This document shows, piece after piece, positions 1 to 12,720 of a stretch of DNA of 64,000 nt (the first letter of the stretch is position 1; the number at the start of each line of letters is the position of its first letter). Both the position numbers and the translations under genes were made by a program. The DNA lies in the NCBI GenBank assembly GCA_026026165.1, contig JAPEUD010000095.1, positions 1-64,000 on the forward strand, read 5' to 3'. The stretch is from Sarea resinae. Lineage: Eukaryota. The notes under the pieces are model-generated. The model did no database searches. It worked only from the letters and a program-made list of their open reading frames with translations, and was not told where the DNA came from.

Positions 1-1908
1 GCTAGGAAGCGAGAATGCTAAGGACTACTTAAAGCGTTAAAGAAAGTACAAGTCTATTTGTACAGCTAAGAATTTACAGTGGAATCAGATGCTAATACGC
101 TTGTAGCTTAACTAAACATGCTAGCATTAGACCTCTCTAGAGCACTAGTTACGCGCTAGCTAGCCTAGATACAGCTATTTAACTTTATAGTCTGCTATGT
201 TCCTAGACAGAAACATAGAGCTGTAGATAGCTTGTTACAACGACCTGCAACAGCAGAGGACCTTATAGAAATAGAGAACAAGCCTAATATTAACAATGTC
301 ATTAATGCTAAGCTATATCCTGTGAGAGTTTTTCCTATATTAGTAGAAGGAGATGCAGGACCTGTCCTTAAAGAAGGACTCTACTCTAAAGAATTAGAAC
401 AGATCGCGCGCTAGCTTATACATCTAGACTGTCTAGAAGATATAGATAGCAAGGAATTTCGACACTTTAAAAACTATGCGGTCAAATTCCTTGTACACGA
501 CTGCTATCTGTTTAAGAGAGCCTTAAAGAACATGCCTCTCTAAAGAGTTGTAGATAAAGAATAAGATCGCTGTTAAGTCCTTAAAGAAGCGCATGATAAT
601 AGTAGACACAGAGGCTAGGAAGGAACCTACTAAAGGATTGCAGATAAATACTAGTGGCTGAAATTGTTCTCTAAGGTTGCATAGTATGTTCGCAGCTGCA
701 TAGAATGTTAACAGCAGAAACTAAACTGTTAGGAAGAAGCTTTACACTCTATATAGTCCTTTGCATGCTTTGAGAAAATCGGACTAGACATGATTCATAT
801 GCTGCAGTGCAATCAGAAGAAAAATATTATAGTAGCTCGCGATGATTTCTCTAGATAGGTTGAAGCAAGGGCGCTAACTAATGCGACCTTAGAATTAGTT
901 GCAAAGTTCCTCTAGGAGGATGTTATCTGTTGACACAGATGTTTCTAGAAACTTATAACAGATAGAGGACTAGAGAATAAACGCGCTGTAGAAATTCTCG
1001 CTAAAAAGTATAAGATCAATTATATAGTTGTCTCTGCTTATCACTCTTAGGCAAATAGACTTGTAGAAAGGGGCTATACCTCTATTGTTAATGCTTTATC
1101 TAAATTAACAGAAGGCAGCAGAAATAATTAGGTTAAACACCTTCCTACAGTCTTATAGGCAGATCGAACGACTGTTTATGCTAGCACTAGCAAAACACTG
1201 TACAAAGTTTTATATAGCTATAATGCTGTCCTTCCTATTAAGCTTAGACTTCCTACATAGCACATACTAGATTAGGGTTTAGTGCGCAGCACTGCTAACC
1301 TCTTAGCTCTTTAAGCTTGTCAACTAGAACGCTGTACTAAGGACCTTAAGAACATACAGCTCTACCTACAAAGAATCTAAGAAGAAAATAAGGAGTTATT
1401 TAACAACTCTTATTAGCTCTGTCAAACACTCTTTATAGTCAGGAATATAGTATTGTTACACAATACTAAGCTAGACAACAATTACACGTTAAAGCTCGCC
1501 TTTCGCTAGATAGGACCCTATTAGGTCATGTAGGTAGACCTAGACAAAGGAACGCACAAATTAGAAGAGCTAGATAGCAGCCCTCTAGCTAGCACAGTTT
1601 ATAGCAACAGGTTAAAGCTATTTGTTCAACAAATTCAGCTTGAGACAGACTCTAGAGCCTCTTTGCCGCCGCCTAGCAGTCCTAATTAAGATTAACGTCT
1701 AACTACTCCTTGTAGTCTACAAACCCCTTAGTCACTACACACTCTGCAGAGCCCTAACATGCTAGCTTCGCAAGAAACACTAATCGACAGTGATGCAGGA
1801 GATAATAACAATAAAATCACTGCTAAGGATACAGAAGCCCTTTAAGCATATATGCTGCTACAACGTCGCTGCTTTGCAGCAGAAGTAGTTATTCACTGCT
1901 GTCTATAA
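1..1908 (+). mobile_element. Ty3/Gypsy pol 3' part (RNase H end, H2C2 zinc finger, integrase core, GPY/F motif), RIP-inactivated
   Basis: Frame +1 read through stops: KREC*GLLKALKK...FTVESDANTLVA*L (RNase H), EAHDNSRHRG*EGTY...YVRSCIEC (HHCC), FEKIGLDMIHM, DDFSR*VEARAL, TDRGLENK, SAYHS*ANRLVERG (DDE core), R*IGPY. RNase H then integrase is Gypsy order. No chromodomain seen. Confidence 0.93.
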
Positions 1909-2586
1909 TAAACTTAGTTATTAGAAACTCCTAGACCGCCTAGCAGTTTCTAAGAAAAAGAGAGAGGGTAGAGGTGCATACATATACACTGCTAATGCAT
2001 AAGAACTCAATTAAAACCACCTACAAACGCCACATATAACACCTCACAATACAACTACTTATACCTAATTAAAACTACTAACAGAAACCTATTTACAGTA
2101 TTACAAGCTTAGGCAATCAGTGCGACATAAGGTTACTACTAGTATCAACCTACTAGTATAGTAGCATAAGGCAATTAAAGGCGCAAACGACTGCTTATAA
2201 AGCCAGCACTTATAACTTAGTATATAGGAGACTACATAGCACAACTAACTTGCAGCATAACTAAGCAACAGGATATAAGCTAGCGATAGTCCTACTCAAG
2301 CAACTCAAGCAGCAACAGCGAATTGCACGCGATTTACGCATAGATTACACGCGATTAATATGTGGCTTAACCTTACCTTACCTTTTGCAGCGTTCCTTAC
2401 TAAAAAGTGAGGTAAGGCTAAGCGATAAACAAACAACAACAAAGCAACTACTACACACCTAGAATCAGCTATAGCACGCTAGCAACCGCTATAGCAATCA
2501 ACAAAAGACAAAGAAAAAGAGTTTCTTACTACTAATGTTTGACAATAATTGTCTAGATATCTAGATCAAGCTAGCTAAGCAAGGAG

Positions 2587-2700
2587 TATAAATATTAGGC
2601 CGACCTTACCTGCCTCTATCCTTCCTACATACTTCCTACATCTTCTTCTTAATAACTGCCTGCCGCTGCTCTATTCTCTCTTTTTTTTTTACTGATTCTT
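2587..2700 (+). promoter_or_regulatory. Putative core promoter of the extra ORF (TATA box plus CT-rich tract)
   Basis: TATAAATA at 2587-2594 followed by a pyrimidine-rich stretch ~380 bp upstream of ATG 2967. RIP can create TATA-like words. Confidence 0.35.
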
Positions 2701-2966
2701 TATACTTGATTCTTATTAGCTTGCTTATAGCTTCTCTCTAATTAGCCTGCTTACTACGCTGTCTCCTAATTTGTTCGCTTAGCCACTATCCTTATTAGCT
2801 TAGTTAATTACTTCACCCTAATTGGTTCGCTTAATCTAGCATCTTCTAGAAATATCCTCTAAAGCATTACAGCTACTTATACAATCTAGTTGCAAGCACC
2901 TTCTCTAACTGCTGTTAAAATCACATTCAGCAACTTCTAGACAGTCTAATAGTTACTAATTAAGAA

Positions 2967-5900
2967 ATGTCTGACAGCTAGGACACAATTGTCCTATCTA
3001 CTCCTGCGCTGCAATCTATATCTTCTTATTTAGACAGCTAAGGCCTTTTCCTTACGCCTAACCTTCCCTTACTGCAAAACAACAATAACAATGTTAACAT
3101 AGCTAAAGATCTAGCAAATGTGGCAGAAGCTTAGCCTAAAGGGCTCTCTTAAACCTAGGAGTCTATTCTAGAAACATTAGGACAGTCTAGGACTTTAGAA
3201 AGCTAAGGCTAAGAAGAACTAACTAATAATCTAGCTGCAGAGCTTGCCCTTGCTTCTACTAATGTTGCGCAGCCTCTCCTGCCTACTACACAGTCGATGC
3301 TTACGATTCACAGAGTAAATTTCTAAAATGTAGAACATTTTTTATTATACATTAGGACCCTAGATATAGAACTGCAAAAGGAGTGGTTCTTAAGATTTGT
3401 TAAGGAAATAAGCAGTAAGATCACAGAGTTCGCCTACCTGTTTACACTAGCAGAGGATAGAATTCAGCAGTACCTAGCTCTTGTTACGCTACTAAATAGC
3501 AAAGACGCTTCTATACAAGAGTTTCGACGTGTAGCAGCCACAGGTAGGACTGCACACAAGAGAATAGCTAAGGCTAGAGCAGTTATACAGAAGGAATAGA
3601 GACTTAAAGATTTAGCAAAGCTACTACCCCTAGACAAAATAGCCTAGAACGTTCTAGACGCTATAAAAGCTGTTGCGTTAAAGCATTCCTTTAAGGAAAG
3701 CATAAAGATAGTAAACTCTGCGGCTATTATAAGACTATAGAAGGGAAAGGGCCGCGGCGCTAATCTAATAGTTGTAGGACAAATATCCGCTGACTAGACA
3801 GCTGTAGCTACAGCTATAAAGGCTAAAAATCAGACTCTAATAGTTATAGATATTACTGACGCAGAACTCGCTAAATTCAATAGTTATATTAACAGCTATA
3901 GCATCCTTCGAAAAGCAGAACTAAGGTATAACAGAAGACAAATATTTTTGACCTAGGAAATTAAGCCAGCAGATACCACAGAACATTAGGACAGTCTAGA
4001 AGTTGCAGACGACTATGAATCTAATTACAAAGCAGATCTGCTAGAAAAAGACACGCTAAACACTAGGACAGTCTAGAAGTCTAAGGACGTAGAAACACTA
4101 GACAAGAAATAAGAAGTTTCTAAAAGATTATCGATGCTTAAAGATTGTGACCACTAAGTTTAAGACTAATATAACTAGCAAAAAAGAGGTGTCTACAACT
4201 ACAGCAATAGGATATGTCGATTAATAGGCTACATAGATAAAAGAAAAGAATGCAACACTGTGCTAGAACTATCTACATGCACTAGCTAGAAAGTTTAGTC
4301 TACAGACGTTAAGATAAGACAAAGAGCTAATAGAGAGATTGTCGACTATCTAGACAACTAGAGACCTAATTAGGCTGAAAGTTCAGCGAGAAACTTACTA
4401 CTAGTTTCTAAAGGATCACTAACTAAAACGAGAAAGCGATGCAAGAGGCCTTTATTGTCTGAAACTAGAACAAGAGAGCTAGAATTACATCCCTAGTCTG
4501 CAAGGAATTTAGAGCCAACTTACAGCTAACATACACTCTAAGTAGAACAAGGATAGTTTAGTGATAATTCCTAATGTCATAGCCTAGTTTGAGAAGGCTA
4601 GAATAGGGCACATAGTAGACAACGAATTCGACCTCTATTAGCATTATTAGCGATCTATGAACAGGGCTAGCGATATAGGTTAGAACTAAGCTATAATGCA
4701 TTTGATTATACAACAGGTTATTAGGCAGGATCCTATAGTTTACACAATCACAGTATTGCATAGGCCTAATCATGCTATAAGCCTTGTCTCCTACCTGTAT
4801 TACGCTTGTCACGCCTACCTAAACAACTAGATTACGTTTTTCTACTTAGATTAGAACATCAGACAAATTGTTAAGGAAAACCGCGGCGCTAATATAGTGC
4901 AGGTAGCTGTCTCTATAGATAAAGAAGATAATAACAATTGCGTGCGACTTCTGTTAGGCATGCATGCTAAAATTAGAGATTAGGCAAAAGAGATTGCTGT
5001 CTAAGAGCTAAAGCAATACTAGCAAGCTAGAAAAATCTAAGACGTAGACATAAAACTATAGACAAAGGCTAATAAGATCAAACTAGGACTAAAGGTGCAG
5101 AGACAGCCCTGTTTAAAATATAGAGTTAGGATTACTATGCCTACAATTCTTTATAGGCTAGCCCTAAATCCGATAAAAGTTTAGCGAGTAATTTTCTCTT
5201 AGCTTGTTAAAGTTAAACAAGATTATAATACGCTAGAGATACTAGAATCAGGCAGCTAGAATAATCTAGCAATTGTATACAGAGATATAGTACTAGAGCC
5301 TAGTTCACTATTAGGACATCTAAACACTTATAGGTTAATTCTGTACAAGTTCCTAGCTAGTGTAGCAATAACAAGACTTAGCGCCTTGTCAGACGCACTA
5401 GTAGGACAACGCTAATAGGATGACCTAGTAGTTGTTAAAGAGTAGGATATTGTCTTAGAGAGTAAGGCGTGAAAGCTAAGAGAGTTTGTTAAAGACTAGC
5501 GCGAAACAGCTATAAAGATAATTAAGAAGAACTAGGCCTTAGTTAAGAAAGAGAAGCGATATATCTACAGTCAGAAATCGTTCTTTTAGGCCTAGGACTA
5601 CAACGTGATTGTTGTTAGCAATAATAAGGACCCTAAGCTATCTGACTTTAAGTACAACAGCGATAAACCTGCTAAAGAAACAGCTAGACTGTCTAGGAGT
5701 TTCCCTACTACTCTAGTCATGAAATCGCTATTCTACCTACTCTCTAAATCTCTGTTAATAAAGCAGACCCTGTTTAAGACAGTTGCGCAAGCTATTCGCG
5801 AAGCTAGGAATGCTTAGCAGCAATTAGCAGAACTAACTACAACTCTCTCTCTAACTAAGATTATATCACTAACTGTTTATCCTGCTCTGTTCGCTACAAT

Positions 5901-6273
5901 AACTAGTTCTCTCTAGTTTAGTAGTTTAGTTCTGCGTCGCATCACACTACAACTAGTAGAAATCTCTAAAACTTCCTCTGCACTACCTCCTGCAGAAAAA
6001 GATGTCTATAACAAGACTATTTAACAGATAATAAGAGGCGCTAAGGAAATAGAACTAGACGTTGCTCTCTAACAGTCTGCTGTAGCTACGCTATTAGAAA
6101 AGGAATTAGAAAAGGAATTAGACAGAGAATTAGAAGAAGAACTAGGCGAAAACAGAAATAAACGAGCTAGGTCAGACTTAGGCGACTTACCTAATCTAAA
6201 GCGTGTTAGACAATCCTCTAGAATAAGAGCTGCACACTCTAACAAAGACAATAATAATAGTAGTGAAAGTTAA
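2967..6273 (+). pseudogene. RIP-inactivated extra ORF of the Gypsy element; C-terminal half PhyH-like Fe(II)/2OG dioxygenase
   Basis: Frame +3 from ATG 2967, shifting to frame +1 around 4110-4190, ending TAA 6271-6273. Frame +1 reads EFDLY*HY*R...QQVIRQDP...RPNH...LVSYLYYA...FFYLD (TAC TTA GAT 4843-4851, reverts to H-L-D)...VQVAVSIDKEDNNNCVRLLLGMH...VRITMPTILYR (TAT AGG 5152-5157, reverts to H-G)...*RVIFS*L...LSDALVGQR**DD. Confidence 0.72.
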
Positions 6274-6290
6274 GGGGCAACTTTCACTTT

Positions 6291-6304
6291 GTAGAGGGGA
6301 AGGA
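6291..6304 (+). other. Polypurine tract of the Gypsy element
   Basis: GTAGAGGGGAAGGA immediately before the LTR start, 18 bp after the extra-ORF stop. Confidence 0.7.
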
Positions 6305-6710
6305 TATTATAGGTCAGAATAGTTTAGTCAGGATTAGTCAGCAAATCACGTGCATTGTTCTTAGGGCATGTAGTTCAAGGAGGATAGTGTTACGTTAAGG
6401 GGTTAGGATTAAATTTAGAGAAGTTTGTTAGTTCAGTTATGTTTAGTTTTTCAGGCAGCTTTTAAGCGCAGGGCAGTTCTTTATTCTTTAGTTAAATCAA
6501 TCAATTAAGAGTTCTCCTACTACTTCCTTCCTAGAGGAGCAGTCACCTTCTAATCCCTTTGCTTTGTGCTATTCCACTGATTATGCCTTAGTAGTAGGTT
6601 GTTAAGTAGTTGTTATAGCTATCTTGTTAACTACATAAGGAGTTATTAGGACTGTCTAGGTGTTCTGCTTTAGCACTAATTTAGTGCGTCTATTTTGTCC
6701 CTCTATAACG
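6305..6710 (+). repeat. Gypsy 3' LTR (~406 bp)
   Basis: Termini TATTATAG...CTATAACG are a mutated TGTTATAG...CTATAACA inverted pair; follows the PPT; shares TTAGGACTGTCTAG and nearby sequence with the solo LTR at 14228-14644. Confidence 0.7.
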
Positions 6711-7850
6711 CTAGCTAATATATTAAGTCTAATGCAAGAATAGTTTAATATTAGCAAAGTCTAGACACTTGCACTTCTACTCTACAGTCCTAATCTTAAT
6801 CCTATGTCTAAACTCCTTACACTGCTAGAAGATATTCTCTACAAAGATTTCTCTAATCTCTTTAATAGTAGAGGTAGCCCTATTAGCAAGCAAGATTTAG
6901 AGGCTGCTACACATGCGTCTTTCCTTAAGATCTTATAGCAGCATCTTAAACACTTAATATAGAATTATCACTATTAGATCTAGGCAGTGCTTGATTCTAG
7001 CAGCTAGTATACTAGATATTTCTAGTAAATGTCTTATGTATCTTATGCTAACAGAAATAGACAATAAAACCTACTATCTAAGACATAAAATTAGGCTATC
7101 TATAGTAGAGATAGGAATAGTATTACATAGGTTAGCCCTAGCTTAACTTGTTCTAATCTTACTTATAGTCTTACTACAAAGCCTTTTTGTTTCTAGAAGG
7201 TGTTAGAGCATAATTAATTGCTTTATTTAGTTGCTTAGATGCAATGCATTTAGCTAACCTTTAATGTATCTAAGCTATATAGGAATAGACCTAATGTAAA
7301 GGATATTAACTTAGTTAGGTACTCTAACTTCCTTGCTAAAAGGTAGCGACTATTTATGTTGTCTAAATATCTATGCATATATAATAATATCTGCTTTTAT
7401 TAGATACTTACCTTAATATCTTCTACATTTACTAATTCACTATATTTACACTTGCTTGCTATTATATTAATACACCTCTATTAGCAGGCCACTTATATTG
7501 TGTGACTAACAGCAATTTTATAAAAATATGTTTGCTGCTCTTAAGCAGTTGTTAGTAGAGCACACTAATTATCACTATTAGTAATACTATATCTATATAT
7601 GCTTGCTAGCATATAATATTAAGTTTATTTTCCTTTTCCTTTATTTTATCACCTAATTGTACTGTAGTAGATTCTATTTCCTTCTGAATAAAAAGTGCTT
7701 CTTACTAGGACAATCTTCTACTACAGTTAAAGCTAAGGTTAACTAATTCTTAATTAATATAGTAAGAGAAGTAGACAGATTTCTTACTGCTAGATCTAAT
7801 AAGAGCGACATATTATAACGATCTACTATTTAACTAAACCTTTCTCTCTT
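6711..7850 (-). pseudogene. Possible RIP-degraded gene of unknown function, divergent from the transposase
   Basis: Minus-strand stretches read like protein (EIESTTVQLGDKIKEKENKL; ILLANRATSTIKEIREIFVENIF); GTAAGT donor near 7411; no family recognised; limits approximate. Confidence 0.35.
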
Positions 7851-8130
7851 TATATCACTATATTATGTAGTGTATATCTCTCTTAAGGGCCTACTAGCTT
7901 TTATCCTCTACTTAATAGAGTGTATCTACAGCCTAATTAGCTCTAATAATTTAACCTAACCTAGCTTAAGGAATGCTAACCTAATATAGCTCTAGCCTAT
8001 ATCTCTCCTAAGGGCCTACTAGCCTTTATCCTCTTTGTAGCATAGCCTAAGTAAGCCTTATCACTTTAACCTCTCTTTTATAGGCTAGCTATTAAAAAAA
8101 ACTAATAGCTAGGCCTTTAAGAGGTAGAGC

Positions 8131-11100
8131 ATGCCTAAATTTTTAGACCTATAGTAGATTATAGATGCTAGGTGCATAAGTTGCTTAGCATAGTAATCAC
8201 TATAGCATGATACACTAGGCTGCGCTAGGAATGCTAGGTGTATAAGTATTCTCCTCTACTTCCTCTACTACACCTTCTCTTAACTAGGCTTGCGCTAGCC
8301 TAATACTTAACGTCCTAGCTATATAGCAAAAATAACGAATTAGGATAACAGCTATCTAGCATGCTGTTCTAGCCTAGGATACTCTACTAGTTTATGCTAT
8401 TTGCCTCTAGCTAGGAGTTTGCAATCTGTCCTAAGTTAGTAGCTATATAATGTTTACTTATATTGTCTATATATATCTCTACTCTTATAGCTAATTTGCT
8501 TAGTGACACTATATTAAGATACCGCGTTACGTCTCTACTAATTGTATATACAATTAGAACTCTAGTTTATTAGGATAATAGGGTAGCTCTATTCCTAGAC
8601 AAGAAATTAGAAACACAAGTAATTAATCTAAGAGTGTGAATAAGCCTTAGCAATATAGCTCGCTCTTTCTAGACTTAATAATCGATTTAGAGGATATAGA
8701 TATAGACCTAGAGAGATAATCTAGATATAAAGATAGCGATAATAACAACATAGAAGACAATAACAAAATAGACAACATATAACAACAATAACTAGAGCCC
8801 TACTCTAATTACAACAAGGATCTAGAGGATATAGACCTAGAAGATACAGAGCACAATAGGTATAATGTATATAAAGAGCTTAGCTATAGAGAGAAGATAG
8901 AAGAGATACTAGACTAATACTCTAATAGCGTTAAGACTCTAGCTCACGCTACAGCAGCTGTATAACTAGATCTGTTTATTCTTAGCTTAGGTCTCTAGGC
9001 AGAACATTCTAGTATATCTTAGCAAGAATATCTTTAACTTAGAGAAATTATACTCTTACTTCCTTACAGTCTAGATACTATAGCACTGCCTTAGAAACTT
9101 AACACGTTAAAGCGTCTAGTCTGCAAACACCTACCCTTGCTACAACTTATAAGGAGAAAGATAGGAGTCTATATCTAGAAGCAGCCCTCTATACTAAATG
9201 CGTAAAAGACTAGTAGAGTAGCAATTAACAACAAAACTTAGATATACTTCTACAACCTAAGGGAATTAGTTAGACTTATACTAATATATCTAATATTCTA
9301 ACAGCAAATGCACTTTAGGATAGCCTAGTACATAGATAACCCTATAGAATTATAGCACTCTAAGGCATAGGGCTTATCTATCTAAACATATTTAGAGGAC
9401 ACAGCGTATAATATAAGTAGTAGTATAATTATACCTAGTGACATTGTCTGAATAAGAGGTAGAGATAGCTCTAAAGAAAGAGTTACCTTTATTAGTAGAG
9501 ATTATCGCTCTACTACAAACAGAAGTTTATATAGCAGTGTTATAATTACTATCTAGTGTGTCCTTAAGTATTGTCACCTCTCTAGCAATACTAGAGGCAT
9601 GCTTTAATCTTATTAACTAGAAATTAATAAGGATAATAAGCTGTTCCTAATAGAAGACAAAACTTTTAAGGTGCAGCTAAATCAGATATCTAGGTAAGTG
9701 CTTAATATTTACCTTAACTAGATAAACTACATGCGATCTAATACTATAGACTAGAACATACTATAGAGAAGACATTATATCTGTAGAGTTATTAATTTAA
9801 CACGTTGCTTAGTACAACTGCTACGCAAATTCACACTAGCTAGAGCAGAATTAGAAATAGACTAATTTAGCAGAGAATATATAGAGTCTCTTGCTACTAG
9901 CAATAAGAGTCAAACAATTATATCTATACTGTTCTACCTCTTTATAGATAACTTTAGCATACACTAGAACATGTACTATACAATAAAGAGATTCTACTAG
10001 ATTCCTATAGCGATATTATTTAAGGAATGTAGATGTGTGACTAATATCTTTATATTATATCTAGAGCCTTATAGAGCTTTAATAGAAACTGTTATAGAGA
10101 TAATAGAGCTAGGCCTACAGTCTCTAGACTATAGTGTCTTAATAGATATTCTTAGTAGAGACTAACCTGCGTTTGTATATGCGTTCACTATAGCTCTCTT
10201 AGAGGACATACCTTAGCAGGCAAACAATGCTAGTTTTCTTAGACATAATACACAAATAGGCTGCTAGATATGTTTCTACTTGTTAGAATAAAAGAGTGAT
10301 CTTTAATTTAACATTATTAGCAAAGGCTGCTACTATTTTAAGACACTTAGCTATCGCTAAAAGATAGCCTAGTAATTGCAAGCTAAGTCCTAGCAAAATT
10401 ACATATAAGCATATAGAATAAGAGAAGAAAGTGCACCTATTATATGTATTTGCCTAGCATTAGACCTGATCTAAGGTTAGCTATACAATGTACTACATTT
10501 AGAATAGTAAGGACTTAGCTAAATCCTACAAAGCTTACTACTTACTAAGATCCTAACTACTTAGGGTAAATCAGCCTATGTTAACACGTTCTAAGAGTTC
10601 TGCTACCCTATTAATTAGCCCTAGATATAGAGTCCTATATATTACCTGCTTTTATAGTCTCTATTAGAGGCTAGTCGCGCGTCTCTACTAACTCTGTTAA
10701 TACTACAATGCTGTTCTAATATTACATAGTACAGGCCTAAATATATTGCAGCTTTATATAGACTTAGTTTTAAAGAGTTTCTAGCAGCTAGTTACCTAAG
10801 TGTTGTATAGGCATTTAGCATTATAGCTAAGGTTAATACTCTATTAGGTTTAAAGTGTTATATAGCTCTAGAGATTCTCTATGTTTAGGTGCTTAAGGCT
10901 AGACAGTGCTACTAGCAACTTTTATAAGCAGCGTATATTACTACTAACAGGTTTTATCCTTAAACTATATCTGCTTAGGTGTTAACTAGGTAGGTGTGTA
11001 CTATATGTGTATACAAACATGCTAATGTGTATAGGAATAGGAACTTTAATAGCGACAATAATAACATGTCTTTAAGTGTATCTAACTATAATTTAGACAT

Positions 11101-12169
11101 AAACATTTGCTTGCCCTCTTATGTTATTAACTAAGCATTATAGAATCTTAGCTCTACTAATAACCTGTCTAACAATGTCTATAGCATAGATCAGACGCTT
11201 CTGCAATTAAAGTTTAAAAAGCTATAGAGTATCTCTAACACCTATTCTAGACTTTATCTAGCAGACATTGCAGATAAGTATAGAATTGTTATAAACGCTA
11301 GTGTACTAGCAGGAGAAACTAAGCATAAGGACTATAAGGCTATAGCTAATGCTGTAGCACTAAGTAACCTTATAGGTTATTTGTTTATAAAAGACGTGCT
11401 TAAACAAACTCTCTAATTTAGTCTTAGAGGTGCTTAGGATAAAGCATACTCTAAGCTTGCAGAATCTTTATTAGTGCTTGCAGAACATGCTCTATTAGTA
11501 ATAGAAGGATACTAACTGCTTTTAGAGAGACTCTAATTAGGTACGAATTACATTGTATAGTTAAAAGAGGATTTAGAGCATATTAATATCTCTATAACTA
11601 TAGTTAATAAGATAAACATACTACTTCTTAGAATAGGATCCTATATACTATCTTTATTAGCGCTAGATCACTCTTTTATTACACTGTTAGACTACGTATA
11701 CTCCTTAGATTATAACATACATAACATTACTAATTATAGCTATAAATCTATCTAGTAGAAGAGGCAATTAGCTTAGATAAATCTGTAGGTACTAAGCTAA
11801 AGAATGTTAAACGTGTACTAACACTAAGACTACTATAGCGACTAAAAAGATTGTGTAGTTCTAAACATTAAAGACTGTATTATAAGTTAAGCAAGGCTAT
11901 ACTAAATCAGCTAGTTCTTTATACATAAGTTTAATAGTAAACAGTACGCCTTTGCTATAGTTAATCTACTAGTAGATATCTTAACTACAGATTCTATCTT
12001 AGACCTTTAGATTTACAAAGTCTAATAGATACAGGCTATTATAGGTCTTCCTAGCTTGTTTAATTATTAATACATAGTCCTATTCTATTATAAAGAGTTA
12101 TACGCTGCAGATAATAGCAGGTCTAAGAATTGCCTGTTTAAGTGCAAGTAGACTATTAATTACCTATAA
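8131..12169 (+). mobile_element. CACTA/EnSpm-like (CMC/Plavaka-like) DDE transposase relic
   Basis: Frame +2: MHFRIA*YIDNPIEL*HSKA*G; LFIDNFSIH*NMY (reverts to DD at 9947-9952); EDIP*QANNASFLRHNTQIGC*IC (D-x-P and CxxC, D at 10205); YNVLHLE*; NTYSRLYLADIA...VLAGETKHK (E at 11315); stop 12167-12169. Start approximate; TIRs not found. Confidence 0.75.
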
Positions 12170-12289
12170 CCTAGTGATAACACATTATATCTATACAAAC
12201 GTTTCCTAGGTATATCTCTACACTACTTAGGCTTAAGATTTATACAGAAGAGTAGACAATTACTTTTCTAACGTCTAAGATATTAGGAC

Positions 12290-12720
12290 TATATTAAACA
12301 CTAATATAGTTACAAACATAGTTACAAACACCTATATAGTTACAAACATAGTTACAAACACAGGTATAAATATTAAACACAACTATAAATATTAAACACT
12401 AATATAGTTATAAACACAGCTATAAATATCAAACACTAACTTAGTTATAAACACAGGTATAAATATTAAACACTAATATAGTGTCAAACACAGGTATAAA
12501 TATCAAACACTAATATAGTTACAAACATAGGTATAGGTGTTAAACATAGGTATAGGTATTAGATATAGGTATAGGTATTAGACATAGGTATAGGTATTAG
12601 ACATAGGTATAGGTATTAGACATAGGTATAGATATTAGATATAGGTATAGATATTAAACACTAACATAGTGTTAAACATAGGTATAGGTATTAGACATAG
12701 GTATAGGTATTAGATACAAG
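12290..12720. repeat. Tandem array of ~19-bp units
   Basis: Units such as CATAGGTATAGGTATTAGA, CACAGGTATAAATATTAAA and CACTAATATAGTTACAAA, roughly 20 degenerate copies directly downstream of the transposase. Confidence 0.85.

Noticed and set aside
4558..4812. Minus-strand ORFs 4558-4812 and 6069-6251 as genes
   Set aside because: Antisense shadows of the plus-strand cargo relic.
12290..12720. Array as CRISPR
   Set aside because: Contiguous degenerate tandem units with no unique spacers; eukaryotic context; no cas genes.
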